From the NCBI GenBank assembly GCA_938091905.1, contig CALKOM010000191.1, positions 1 to 37,690 on the forward strand: a stretch of DNA of 37,690 bases. The letters are read 5' to 3'. Under the pieces are notes generated by a model. That model saw nothing but the letters and a program-made list of their open reading frames with translations. It searched no databases and was not told the origin of the DNA. The first letter of the stretch is position 1, and the number at the start of each line of letters is the position of its first letter. The stretch comes from an uncultured Verrucomicrobiales bacterium. Its GTDB lineage: Bacteria; Verrucomicrobiota; Verrucomicrobiia; Verrucomicrobiales; DEV007. Of the stretch, positions 1 through 9,019 are shown in pieces. The position numbers and the translations under genes were made by a program.

Positions 1-379
1 GCGGGAGACGGCCTCCCAGATGACTGGCAGGTGCAATACTTCGGAGAAGACAATGCCGACGCTGGTCCTAATGTCGATGCTGATGGAGACGGTGATAGTA
101 ACCTTTACGAGTATCACGCTCGTCTCTTACCGAATGACCCAACGAGTTTTCTGAGCATTACACTGACGCCAGATGCCACTGAGGGGGGGCGCGCTCCTGA
201 CGCTCTCTCCTGGGAAAGCAGGGGTGAGCTATGCAGTGAGCACCAAGGACTCGCTTCTTGACGCTGACTGGATTCCACTGACCACCATGGTAGGATCAGA
301 CGGCATGCTAGGATTTACCGATATGGATGCTTCGGGCCTGAGAAAGTTTTACATCGTGACACCCACGCGCACGCCTTGA
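1..379 (+). pseudogene. 3' end of a secreted/surface protein with acidic DxDGDG (thrombospondin type-3-like Ca-binding) motifs; frameshift at a G7 run
   Basis: Frame 1 is open from base 1: AGDGLPDDWQVQYFGEDNADAGPNVDADGDGDSNLYEYHARLLPNDPTSFLSIT..., a typical Verrucomicrobia C-terminal module. The protein-like sequence continues in frame 2 (GALLTLSPGKAGVSYAVSTKDSLLDADW...RKFYIV) after G7 at 183-189. Removing one G joins the frames. The 5' part lies outside the window, and the shift could be a sequencing error. Confidence 0.7.
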
Positions 380-651
380 GTTCATGCCCCGCACTCTGAA
401 TCGTCGGAAGTCGGATAGGGTGGAAAAGTAGAAGCCGTGGCGATTTTTTGTATCTACTTTGTATCCGTTTTTTAGCTAGGATTAAGACGCAATGCCATGA
501 AATGGCTAGAAACGCAGGGTTAGCGTTAGGGTGGCTTAAACTCTACATATATAGAGATATACTTGGGATTAGGTGTGGAATCGAGGGCGACCCAAAATGC
601 ACCCCTACGGCTTTGCAACCCGTGGTTGCTTGGGGTCAAACACGCCCGAGA

Positions 652-1374
652 TCATTTGACGAGGAGCTCGTCTCGGTAGAGATCGCGGTTTGAGCTATTG
701 AATTCGACTTTCAGTCCAATCTCGAAGTGGTAGAGGTCGACGAGTTGCCATTGACCAAACTGCCAGGCTCCGGTATTTCCATCATGCCGAAAGCCGACGA
801 TGAAATGGTGGGCGTCATGAAGGATCTTGTTCGTTTTTCGTTTGGGTTGGAAATAGAAGGTGCGTAGTGAGCTTGTCTCGCTATCCGCTCCATACACTTT
901 CGGGTCGACGTAGGCGATACGGCTGGTGCGAGTGTCGGTCACCATGAGATCAGGGTAGCCACTGCGACTGCGCTTGCCTGTGGCATTGAGCGGAATCTCA
1001 CAGGTGATGTGCGGTATGGCGTTCAAGGTCTCTTGGAGGTGGTCTTCGGCAAAGCGGCTGATCTCGTTGGGGCGGCGCTGCTTGGGGACAGGGCCATTAG
1101 GATCATTGAGGAAGAGGCGTGTGGCTTCGGTGGCGGTCTTGATGGCCTCGGTGAGCCCTCTACTATCATTGTCTAACGGAAGCACTTGTTTGCCGTCGGT
1201 GACTTGGGGCACAAGGTCTCGGAAGGGGAGATTGGATAGCTCTCTCTGCGCGGTGAGCATGTTCTCGATGAGAGAAGGAGAAATGGGCTCGGGAAGAGGA
1301 AGTGTCGGCTTCGTTTGCCATGCGAGTAGCCCGCCGAGGAGGATTCCTACAAACAGCGCGATGATGACTTTCAT
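652..1374 (-). CDS. Membrane-anchored PD-(D/E)xK (type II restriction endonuclease-like) nuclease-fold protein
   Basis: N-terminal hydrophobic segment (MKVIIALFVGILLGGLLAW), Pro-rich linker, then GYPDLMVTDTRTSRIAYVDPKVY (PD-x14-DPK), preceded by helix NEISRFAE. The ATG overlaps the deoB stop (TGATG); an alternative GTG start is at 1377. Confidence 0.65.
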   Translation of the reverse strand: MKVIIALFVGILLGGLLAWQTKPTLPLPEPISPSLIENMLTAQRELSNLPFRDLVPQVTDGKQVLPLDNDSRGLTEAIKTATEATRLFLNDPNGPVPKQRRPNEISRFAEDHLQETLNAIPHITCEIPLNATGKRSRSGYPDLMVTDTRTSRIAYVDPKVYGADSETSSLRTFYFQPKRKTNKILHDAHHFIVGFRHDGNTGAWQFGQWQLVDLYHFEIGLKVEFNSSNRDLYRDELLVK

Positions 1375-2513
1375 CACGTGAGGAGATCAAGGAACGAGTG
1401 GCCGTTGTCCCATCGGGGAATTCGGAAGTATTCAGCAAGTGTAGCGGCAACGTCCGTGAAGCTTCGGCGAAGTCCGAGACAGTGCTGCTGGTTGCGATGA
1501 AGCATGATCAGTGGCACCCGCTCACGCGTGTGATCGGTGCCTTTCCAGGTGGGATCATTTCCGTGATCTGCCGTGATGATCACCAGATCCTCTGGCATGA
1601 TCTGATGCCTAAAGTTCTCCAGCCAGTTATCAAATTCTGTTAAAGCCTTTGCATAACCTTTGGGATCGCGGCGATGACCATACAGCATGTCGAAATCAAC
1701 GAGATTGCAGAAGACGAGTCCATGATTCACTTTAGCCCAAAGGCGTTCCATTTCAGCCATGCCATCGGCATTGGAGGCTGTTGGGAAACTTTGATCGATA
1801 CCTTCACAGGCAAAGATGTCACTGATCTTGCCGACACCGTAGGTGGGAACAGCTGCTAGGCTGAGTTCAGACAGTACGGTGCGTGGTGGAGCGATGGAGA
1901 AGTCCTTTCGGCCAGGAGTTCGCTCAAACTGTCCAAGAGCTCCTGTGAACGGTCGAGCGATGACGCGGCCAATGCGGTAGTTGTCAGCCACGTCGCGAGC
2001 GAGATGACAAATCTGATAGAGAAGCTCGCGCGGGTAGAGATCTTCGTGAGCCGCGATCTGGAGAACGGAGTCCGCAGAGGTGTAGAGTATGAGGCCTTTG
2101 GTTTCTAGATGCTCGGCCCCGAACTCCTCAATAACAGCAGTGCCGCTTGCATTGACATTTCCGATGAAATGGCAGCCGGTGGTGCTCTCAAGTTCCTGAA
2201 CGAGGGACTCTGGAAAGTAGGCATACGTAGGAAACGCTTCTTCTGTGATGACTCCCGCCAACTCCCAGTGGCCAGTCGTCGTGTCCTTTCCGACGGATTG
2301 CTCTTCCATCCACCCGTAGCTTGCCTCAGCAGAACCCTGCGTACTCAAGTTGAGGATGGACGTGAGGCCAAGTCTCTCCAGACAAGGGACGGACCAGTCA
2401 GGGTTCGCCGAATACAGGTGTTCGAGAGTATTGGCGCCGTCGTCGTGATAAACTTTGGCATCAGGAGCGTAGCCTACCCCGACACTATCTAAAACGATGA
2501 GGAGAGCTCGCAT
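1374..2513 (-). CDS. deoB: Phosphopentomutase
   Basis: Motifs LIVLDSVGVG, GKDTTTGHWE, YTSADSVLQIAAHE, RVIARPF, NLVDFDMLYGHRRD, ITADHGNDPT..GTDHTRE; 379 aa. Confidence 0.96.
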   Translation of the reverse strand: MRALLIVLDSVGVGYAPDAKVYHDDGANTLEHLYSANPDWSVPCLERLGLTSILNLSTQGSAEASYGWMEEQSVGKDTTTGHWELAGVITEEAFPTYAYFPESLVQELESTTGCHFIGNVNASGTAVIEEFGAEHLETKGLILYTSADSVLQIAAHEDLYPRELLYQICHLARDVADNYRIGRVIARPFTGALGQFERTPGRKDFSIAPPRTVLSELSLAAVPTYGVGKISDIFACEGIDQSFPTASNADGMAEMERLWAKVNHGLVFCNLVDFDMLYGHRRDPKGYAKALTEFDNWLENFRHQIMPEDLVIITADHGNDPTWKGTDHTRERVPLIMLHRNQQHCLGLRRSFTDVAATLAEYFRIPRWDNGHSFLDLLT

Positions 2514-2519
2514 TCTCTT

Positions 2520-3392
2520 TCAGGTTCCGACTGGATGCCACGTTGTCTTCATCTCTGCCGTCTTGAGTATTTGGTATGGGTCCTCACCTTCCGGGCCATA
2601 CCAGTCCTCCACGTTTATTAGAGAGACACGTTTCAGATTGGTTGCGACAGCTTCACCTAACGCTGAGCGTGTTTCTGGGTCCTGGGTAGCAGCGATGATC
2701 GCGTTGACATCGAGATGAGTTCCTAGAACATCAGCCAATTCTCGTTGCTTTCCTGTGAGTAGGTTGACCACGCCTGCGGGAATATCGCTTGTTGCTAGCA
2801 CCTCCCCAAAGGTCGCTCCTGCCAAGGGCTGTGATTCCGAAACGACAGCCACGACAGCGTTGCCCAGGACCAGACTTGCTGCGAGCATGCTGACCAAAGC
2901 GAGCAAACTTGGCTCGTCTGGGCAAACCAGCCCGACTACGCCGGTTGGTTCAGGCACGGTGAAATTGAAATGTGGCGTGCTCACCGGATTGACGCTTCCG
3001 AAGACCGCCGTGATCTTGTCAGACCATCCTGCGAAATAGACGAGACGGTCAATCGAGGCCTTCACTTCACATTCAGCCTGGTCTTTGCCGCTCACGCCGC
3101 CGCGGACGATTTCGTTCACAAAGGTGTCGTGTCGATCTTCTAGCATTTCTGCCATGCGATAAAGAATCTGGCCTTTCAGATAAGGGCTTGCCGCAGCCCA
3201 TCCTTTCTGCGCACAGCGCGCGGCACGAACGGCCTCACGCAAGTCCTTACGCGAGGCCCAACACGCATTGGCGACCTGGTCCCCGGCAGGCGTCTTCGCG
3301 GGCCAGACGCGGCCGCTCTCCGTGCGTACGAAACGACCGCCGATATAGAGTTTCGAGGTTTTCAAGACGGTGATTCGGTCTGGTTGGGGCAT
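2520..3392 (-). CDS. Short (290 aa) aldehyde dehydrogenase family protein, resembling the ALDH16-type C-terminal/second subunit without a catalytic domain
   Basis: Motifs KTSKLYIGGRFVRTESGR, GQILYRMAEML, EPTGVVGLV, DIPAGVVNLLTG and C-terminal EMKTTWHPVG. No catalytic-Cys domain is visible. Confidence 0.85.
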   Translation of the reverse strand: MPQPDRITVLKTSKLYIGGRFVRTESGRVWPAKTPAGDQVANACWASRKDLREAVRAARCAQKGWAAASPYLKGQILYRMAEMLEDRHDTFVNEIVRGGVSGKDQAECEVKASIDRLVYFAGWSDKITAVFGSVNPVSTPHFNFTVPEPTGVVGLVCPDEPSLLALVSMLAASLVLGNAVVAVVSESQPLAGATFGEVLATSDIPAGVVNLLTGKQRELADVLGTHLDVNAIIAATQDPETRSALGEAVATNLKRVSLINVEDWYGPEGEDPYQILKTAEMKTTWHPVGT

Positions 3393-3532
3393 GTCAGGAA
3401 GTGTATGGCTAAGAAAGCCTTACGGAATTATGGAGGGAAGTTGCAATAATAGCGAAAGTTAAAATCGATGCCAGATCCGTTTGTGTCCCGGGTGGACCCC
3501 CTCCATACTCAGGGGAACCATTGAATTCTCGG

Positions 3533-5608
3533 ATGCTACCTCGTCTTTTTGTTGTCACAGCATGCTTCCTCACGAGCTTCGCCGGTCCGTTGTCTGCTAC
3601 GCCGACGCTACCACCAGAAGAGGCTGAGCACTTTCGTCGACAACTGCCTAAACTATATAAGAAGTTAAGTGAACAGAAGCAGGTCCACATTGCCTTTGTT
3701 GGCGATCCTCTTTGGCTGAACGATGACGATGCCGTGCCTCAGAATTTGGTCAGTACTTACCTGCGCCATTTGGAAGAGGCCTTCTACTACGTCGGGGGTG
3801 TGCACCGGCTCTATGAATTCTCTCATTTGGAGGAGAAGCGGCCTAAGATCACCTATGAGTGTCGGCCCACCGATGTGGCTGATCCTGGCATTTTCCAATT
3901 GATCCAGTATGTGTCGACGCTAGGACTCCTCAATGAGCCGGACCTGCTCGTGGTTTGTGCGGGACCTGGTGATCTTTCTGCCGGTCTAGATATCACGACG
4001 ATCTTGCGTGGTTATGATCAGCTTCGTGCGATGGCTGTGGACGGCGGCTCGGAATTTCTGGTTCTTGGTCCCCGAGCGTTTGCCTTCAACGGCGAGGGTG
4101 CGCTGGATCTGCGCATGGAAACCAGTGGAGAATCGGTGGCTATTGCTTCCTGGGCAGCTCGAAATGGGATCCCGTATCTCGACCCAAATCCCAATGTCTT
4201 TCCGCGCAGTGTCCTCTTCGCGGACGACGCCGAGCCCCAGGCTATTTGGAATTCCTTCCTTCGTGAAGCCGTGGACTGGATCCAAGGGCAGGCCCGGAAA
4301 TCGGAGATTGCACCGCGACGACAACAAGCGGTGGGCACAGCGCTCTATGAACGACTCGTGACGGCGCCTCCGGTCAATCGCTACAACATTGTGACAGAGC
4401 ATGAGGATCAGGATGTCATCGTTAAGATGGAACGCCTCAGCAAATTCAAATATGGCGGACTGCTGGTGCCGAGTCTTTCCAATCAACGCGATGGCGTGCG
4501 TTTCCAATCAACTGATACGACACTCTCATTTCGGTTGGATCGTCCCGAAGATATGGGCTTGTCCTATCGGGGCAGGTTACCATTTACGGTGTTAGTGATT
4601 GATGATCGGAGAGTTTCTTGGATTCCCGTGGATGCTATGCTCGCCAATGTTGGACTTGAGTGGGTCGACCATGCCCATGCTGACAATGACGCGACTGTGC
4701 CGGTAAAGGCGCGGGTGTATCGGTATGCAGGTGCTCCTGACAACGTCCCCTATGAGATGACTTTCCGAAACGAGAAGACGTCGGGAACGGTTCGTTTCTC
4801 AGGAGACTTTCCTGGAATAATCGACTGGGCGGTGACGCTGCCCGATGAGGCTCGCACGGTAAGAGAGATCTTGGTCATTCGGCTAGGGAACAACGGTAGT
4901 CTTGGGCATTACGAAAGGCAGCTTGACGCCATCCGGCAGTTCCCGTTGAACAAGCCCGTGCCACTACAGCTGGTTGGCGGTGCTGTGGCTAAGCCAGATG
5001 CCGAAAAAGAGGTAGATCCTCTCTCTGTTGGAGATCCTGAAGCGCTGCTGACGGTTGAGGCGTCGAAAGAAGATCTCTTTGTCCATGTCGACCTCAAGAA
5101 CGTGGACATCGTCTCCACTGATGGCTCGCCTGGCTTGCAAGCGGATCTTACTTTGGATGCGCGTTCTTACGGAAAGCGACAAACGCTAGGCTATGCGGGG
5201 GTGCTCTTTCTCAGTGCGGGACCGGAAGATGGTCCGGCCACGGTGAGCCCGTTTGCCAAGCGTGCACATTTTGGGAATGGCTATGCGCGCCGTCCTAAAG
5301 TGCTCGGACGCCAGGCGCGCTTGTCCACACGCCCGAATGGTACGCGCCGTCTTACTATTCAAATGACGCGGGCTTATTTCTACAAGCACAAGTGGGCCCT
5401 TGCTAATCACAACAGTCAGTTGGGCATCGGTCTGTCTCTAGCGGTCACTCAGCCTGGAGATGCGCAGCCCCTGCGCTACGTTCTTCAAGAGACGCCGAGA
5501 TTCCCTAACAATGCCGAGGATCTCGCTGTGATTGAACTGTCGGAGAAGGGGAGCAATCGCTGGTGTGTGAAATGGTCACCCTTAGTTAAGCGGAACGACG
5601 TCTTCTAG
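3533..5608 (+). CDS. Exported protein with a degenerate SGNH/GDSL-like N-terminal domain and beta-rich C-terminal domains
   Basis: ~690 aa ORF with signal peptide MLPRLFVVTACFLTSFAGPLSA. HIAFVGDPL and EPDLLVVCAGPGD resemble SGNH blocks I and III. The ORF track starts at TTG 3521; I prefer ATG 3533. Confidence 0.6.
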   Translation: MLPRLFVVTACFLTSFAGPLSATPTLPPEEAEHFRRQLPKLYKKLSEQKQVHIAFVGDPLWLNDDDAVPQNLVSTYLRHLEEAFYYVGGVHRLYEFSHLEEKRPKITYECRPTDVADPGIFQLIQYVSTLGLLNEPDLLVVCAGPGDLSAGLDITTILRGYDQLRAMAVDGGSEFLVLGPRAFAFNGEGALDLRMETSGESVAIASWAARNGIPYLDPNPNVFPRSVLFADDAEPQAIWNSFLREAVDWIQGQARKSEIAPRRQQAVGTALYERLVTAPPVNRYNIVTEHEDQDVIVKMERLSKFKYGGLLVPSLSNQRDGVRFQSTDTTLSFRLDRPEDMGLSYRGRLPFTVLVIDDRRVSWIPVDAMLANVGLEWVDHAHADNDATVPVKARVYRYAGAPDNVPYEMTFRNEKTSGTVRFSGDFPGIIDWAVTLPDEARTVREILVIRLGNNGSLGHYERQLDAIRQFPLNKPVPLQLVGGAVAKPDAEKEVDPLSVGDPEALLTVEASKEDLFVHVDLKNVDIVSTDGSPGLQADLTLDARSYGKRQTLGYAGVLFLSAGPEDGPATVSPFAKRAHFGNGYARRPKVLGRQARLSTRPNGTRRLTIQMTRAYFYKHKWALANHNSQLGIGLSLAVTQPGDAQPLRYVLQETPRFPNNAEDLAVIELSEKGSNRWCVKWSPLVKRNDVF

Positions 5609-6174
5609 CGAGGATACTTTCTAAAGCGATGATTGCTAGACTGGCTACCGTCGGTTCTGGTTTTACGGTTTCTGTGCCAACGGTGAGGCCACGCCCTGAA
5701 TTTTCCGTTGTGCTGCGGAGAGCAGTGAGTTCCACCCCGTCATACTGGAGCTCGGCCCACCTAATGCGTTGAGTTTTAGGCTCCAAGGCGTCGCCGAGTT
5801 GAACTCCCCTCCGAAGAAGAAAGATTCTCCGAGGATTGGTGTGAGGATGTCACTACCAGGTTCGTCCAAAAAAGTGCGAATGGCGTCTCCATGGCGGCGT
5901 AGGATGGGATCAGTGCGTTACTCTCGTCCGCGGAGAACCCGTGGTGAGAAATTCCGATCGTAAAGGTGGTCGCAATCAATCGGCCGTTATAGGTGAATTC
6001 TCCGATCAAGCTAGCGTCTCCTATTACTGTGGAAATCTTCCACCTAATATCGAGAAATGGATCGATGAGTGTAGAGCTGCTTCCTCTGGCCGTAATGGTA
6101 TTGGTGAGGACTGCTGCATGGGACGATGCGGTGACAGTGAGGACCGCGATTAGCAGAGGAGATGCAAGCTTCAT
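5586..6174 (-). pseudogene. PEP-CTERM sorting domain protein, split by two frameshifts
   Basis: Signal peptide MKLASPLLIAVLTVTASSHA at 6174. The middle segment (DEPGSDILTPILGESFFFG) is in a second frame after T6 at 5868-5873. The final segment is in a third frame and ends VKPEPTVASLAIIALESILARRRRSA* (PEP, hydrophobic helix, Arg cluster). Confidence 0.8.
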
Positions 6175-6257
6175 CCGAAACGCTGAAAAAGGAGAGATTA
6201 TACGGCGAAGAGAATTCATGCTAGCCAAGCGTGCGCGGTCTATCCAGGCTATCGATC

Positions 6258-7655
6258 ATGACATCGTTGCGAGTTCTCGTATTTCTGTTTGGTTTGGGTG
6301 AGATGGCGCTTTGGGCAGCTGATGAACGCCCTAACGTCATTGTTTTTGTAGCGGACGACATGGGCTGGAATGATTGCGGTGCCTATGGTCATCCTAGCAT
6401 CCGCACCCCAAACATCGATGCCTTGGCAAAGGCTGGCCTGCGCTTTGATCGGGCTTATCTGACCTGTTCATCCTGCAGCCCTAGCCGATGTTCGATGCTT
6501 ACTGGGCGATACCCACATGCGACGGGGGCAGGGGAATTGCATCTACCTTTGCCTAAGGATCAGCTCATGGTGACTTCACTGCTAAAGGAATCAGGCTATT
6601 GGACGGCTGCCGTTGGCAAGTGGCATCTTGGTGAGCCTGCAAAGTCTCAAGTTGATCTTGTGCGTGGAGCGTCTGCCAAGGGGATGGGAGGAGCCTGGGT
6701 CCAAGCGATTGTGGAGCGACCCAAAGATAAGCCATTCTTTCTGTGGGCGGCCCACACGGATCCCCATCGAGGCTACACGCAAGGTGCCGTCGAGCCACCG
6801 CACAAGCCTGAGGAGGTTATTGTGCCACCATTCTTTCCGGATACGCCTGAGGTGCGGGCTGATCTAGCGCTCTACTATGATGAAGTGAGCCGGTTTGATG
6901 AACACATTGGTCTTACTTTAGCAGAACTGGACCGTCAAAAGATCGCGTACAACACCATCGTCATCGTCCTTAGTGATAATGGCCGTCCGTTTCCCTACTG
7001 CAAGACCATGGTGCATGTGCCTGGTGTGAGAACACCGTTTATTGTACGGTGGCCTGCCAAAGTGAAGGCGAGTGGGGAGAGTGGTAGTGTGATCAGTACG
7101 CTAGACTTAGCTCCCACGATCCTGGATCTAGCAGGAGTCAACGTTGGCACTACGTTTCAAGGCCAAAGTTTAAGACCGATTCTATTAGATCCGACTGCGG
7201 AAGTGCGCGCTTATGCCTTTGCCGAACACAATTGGCATGACTACCGAGCGTTTGAGCGCGGGGTGCACTCAGAACGATTCTGTTACGTGCGCAATTGGCT
7301 TCCAAACACACCAGGTACTCCCCCCGCCGATGCGGTGACGAGCGCCACGTTCAAGTCGATGAAGCGTCTTCGAGCCAATGGAGAACTGAACGAGTCGATT
7401 GAGAGTCAGAGTTTCGACACACCTAGAGCCGAAGAGTTTCTCTACGACGTGGTGAAAGATCCTCACTGTGTCACCAATCTGGTCGATGATCCGTCACGAG
7501 CGGATGTCCTGTCAGAAATGCGCGTGGCCTTGAGAACGTGGCAACAGGAAACAGGGGATTCGTTTCCCGGTGCGACCAAGCTCAGTTCGGATGGCTTCGA
7601 TCGCGACACTGGAAAGCGCACGATGAACGCTTCGCATCCATCCCGAGCCCGCTAA
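6258..7655 (+). CDS. Exported Cys-type (formylglycine) sulfatase, N-sulfoglucosamine sulfohydrolase-like
   Basis: Motifs RPNVIVFVADDMG, CSPSRCSMLTGRY (CxPxR), GKWHL, HTDPHR, SDNG; signal peptide. The ORF track starts at GTG 6231. Confidence 0.92.
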   Translation: MTSLRVLVFLFGLGEMALWAADERPNVIVFVADDMGWNDCGAYGHPSIRTPNIDALAKAGLRFDRAYLTCSSCSPSRCSMLTGRYPHATGAGELHLPLPKDQLMVTSLLKESGYWTAAVGKWHLGEPAKSQVDLVRGASAKGMGGAWVQAIVERPKDKPFFLWAAHTDPHRGYTQGAVEPPHKPEEVIVPPFFPDTPEVRADLALYYDEVSRFDEHIGLTLAELDRQKIAYNTIVIVLSDNGRPFPYCKTMVHVPGVRTPFIVRWPAKVKASGESGSVISTLDLAPTILDLAGVNVGTTFQGQSLRPILLDPTAEVRAYAFAEHNWHDYRAFERGVHSERFCYVRNWLPNTPGTPPADAVTSATFKSMKRLRANGELNESIESQSFDTPRAEEFLYDVVKDPHCVTNLVDDPSRADVLSEMRVALRTWQQETGDSFPGATKLSSDGFDRDTGKRTMNASHPSRAR

Positions 7656-7717
7656 TTTAATCGGTTCGCCTCGAATAATTGAGGCCTTGTTGGGCTCAAT
7701 CACGATTGCGGAAAGAG

Positions 7718-8422
7718 CTACTTTCCGATCCGCCCGTGGGTGTACTCTCTGATCAGGGTATCCCCGGCATACACCTCGAATTTAACGCTTGCCAACGATT
7801 CGCGGGTCTTGGTGTAAGATTTGTCGTACGTGCCATCGCTATTCATGGTTGCAGATGAGCTCGTCGTCTGAGACACGGATACGGCGTCGGTGAGGCCAGT
7901 CGCGGACTTCAAGCGATCAATCGCCGGTAGCTTGAATTTGCCTTTTCCCATTTCTTGCACGCTCGTCCCATTGCGGGTATTTCCTGACGTGCCCTTGTCG
8001 AGGACATAGCGCACTTCTTATTCTCAAATGGCGTTGAAGCCTTTGTTGGTGACAGTCACTTCATAGTAATAGCCCTTTGTTCTCGTTTTACCCGTTAATG
8101 ACGGAGTCGCATTAGCGAATTTTGGTTGAGCGGCAGGCTTCTTGGTGCACTTGACCTTGAATTCGAGTTTGCCGATCGGCTTCTTCCAACCCTTGATAAA
8201 CTTTTGATCAGCTTCTGACTAAGAGGCGATAGGAAGTTTGAACTTCTTGCCGCTCTTCATGACGATCTCCAAGTCCTTTCCTTGAATATCGACGACAGAC
8301 GCTTCGATCTTCTTCCCTTCCTTGTTTGTGAAGGTTCGAAATCTAGCTTTTTCACCAACAGCTGGCCATGATACCAAACCAATCAGTATCAGGACTCGGA
8401 GGAAGCGATAGGTCCAGTCCAT
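7718..8422 (-). pseudogene. Exported SHD1 (SLA1 homology domain 1) protein with three in-frame stops
   Basis: One continuous frame: signal peptide, RTFTNKEGKKIEASVV...GKKFKLPIAS*SEADQKFIKGW (SHD1 consensus ends L-S-x-x-D-Q) ... YYYEVTVTNKGFNAI*E*EVRYVL. Stops are TAG 8219-8221, TGA 8024-8026 and TAA 8018-8020. Confidence 0.85.
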
Positions 8423-9019
8423 AGCATTGCTAAGATAGCGCATCATGGACCAAGAGGTCAAATATTTCTCGGTTAGAATAGTTCGCCTGTGCGCAGGTTT
8501 GCGGGTGTTAAGGCAGTCCGACACTGTGGAGAGTTCTACGATGCCAGGCTGATTCCGCATGGATTTGCCCATTGGGCCTTTCTCAACTCTCACCTCAATA
8601 CGGCGTTCCCGACATGCGGATATCTTCGCAGCAAGCTGTCTCAGGGGCTCGATTGACCCCCTGACGCCAAGCTTTGGGAATAGGGGCGATGGAGAGATAG
8701 CACGCGAAAGCGCAGCCAATGGTGAAGCTTTTACGCTGTGTTTCGTCGATGCTAGTGAGGTCCGGAATCTATGTCGTATCTAACAAGAACGCTTTGATCA
8801 GGACACTAGTATTGTCCTTCCAAACGTGGTCACGAATATGGCGTGTCGCGTTTCCTCTAAGATGTAGGACGGAGCGACAACGCTTTGCTCGTAACGCATT
8901 TCATGGTTCTATGAGGAGAAGATCTGGGCAACGCCCATGGCAGGGCATGCTATATCATCAGGTCGGCGTTCGACTTCCGGTCTGAAGAAAGATATCTTCG
9001 GCCCATTGCCTACTCAAGT

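Noticed and set aside
448..693. 81-aa plus-strand ORF in the first intergenic region
   Set aside because: TTG start, atypical AT-rich composition, overlap with a convergent gene and no motif.
652..1377. Classical type II restriction-modification system
   Set aside because: No methyltransferase is in the window, and the N-terminal membrane anchor is atypical for a restriction enzyme.
8423..9019. ~600-bp gap with short ORFs (8559-8783, 8719-8985) and the 5' extension of ORF 8219-8719; ARESAANGEAFTLCFVD faintly resembles a receiver domain
   Set aside because: No convincing motif or continuous frame. It may be a gene remnant, but I cannot support that without a tblastn search.
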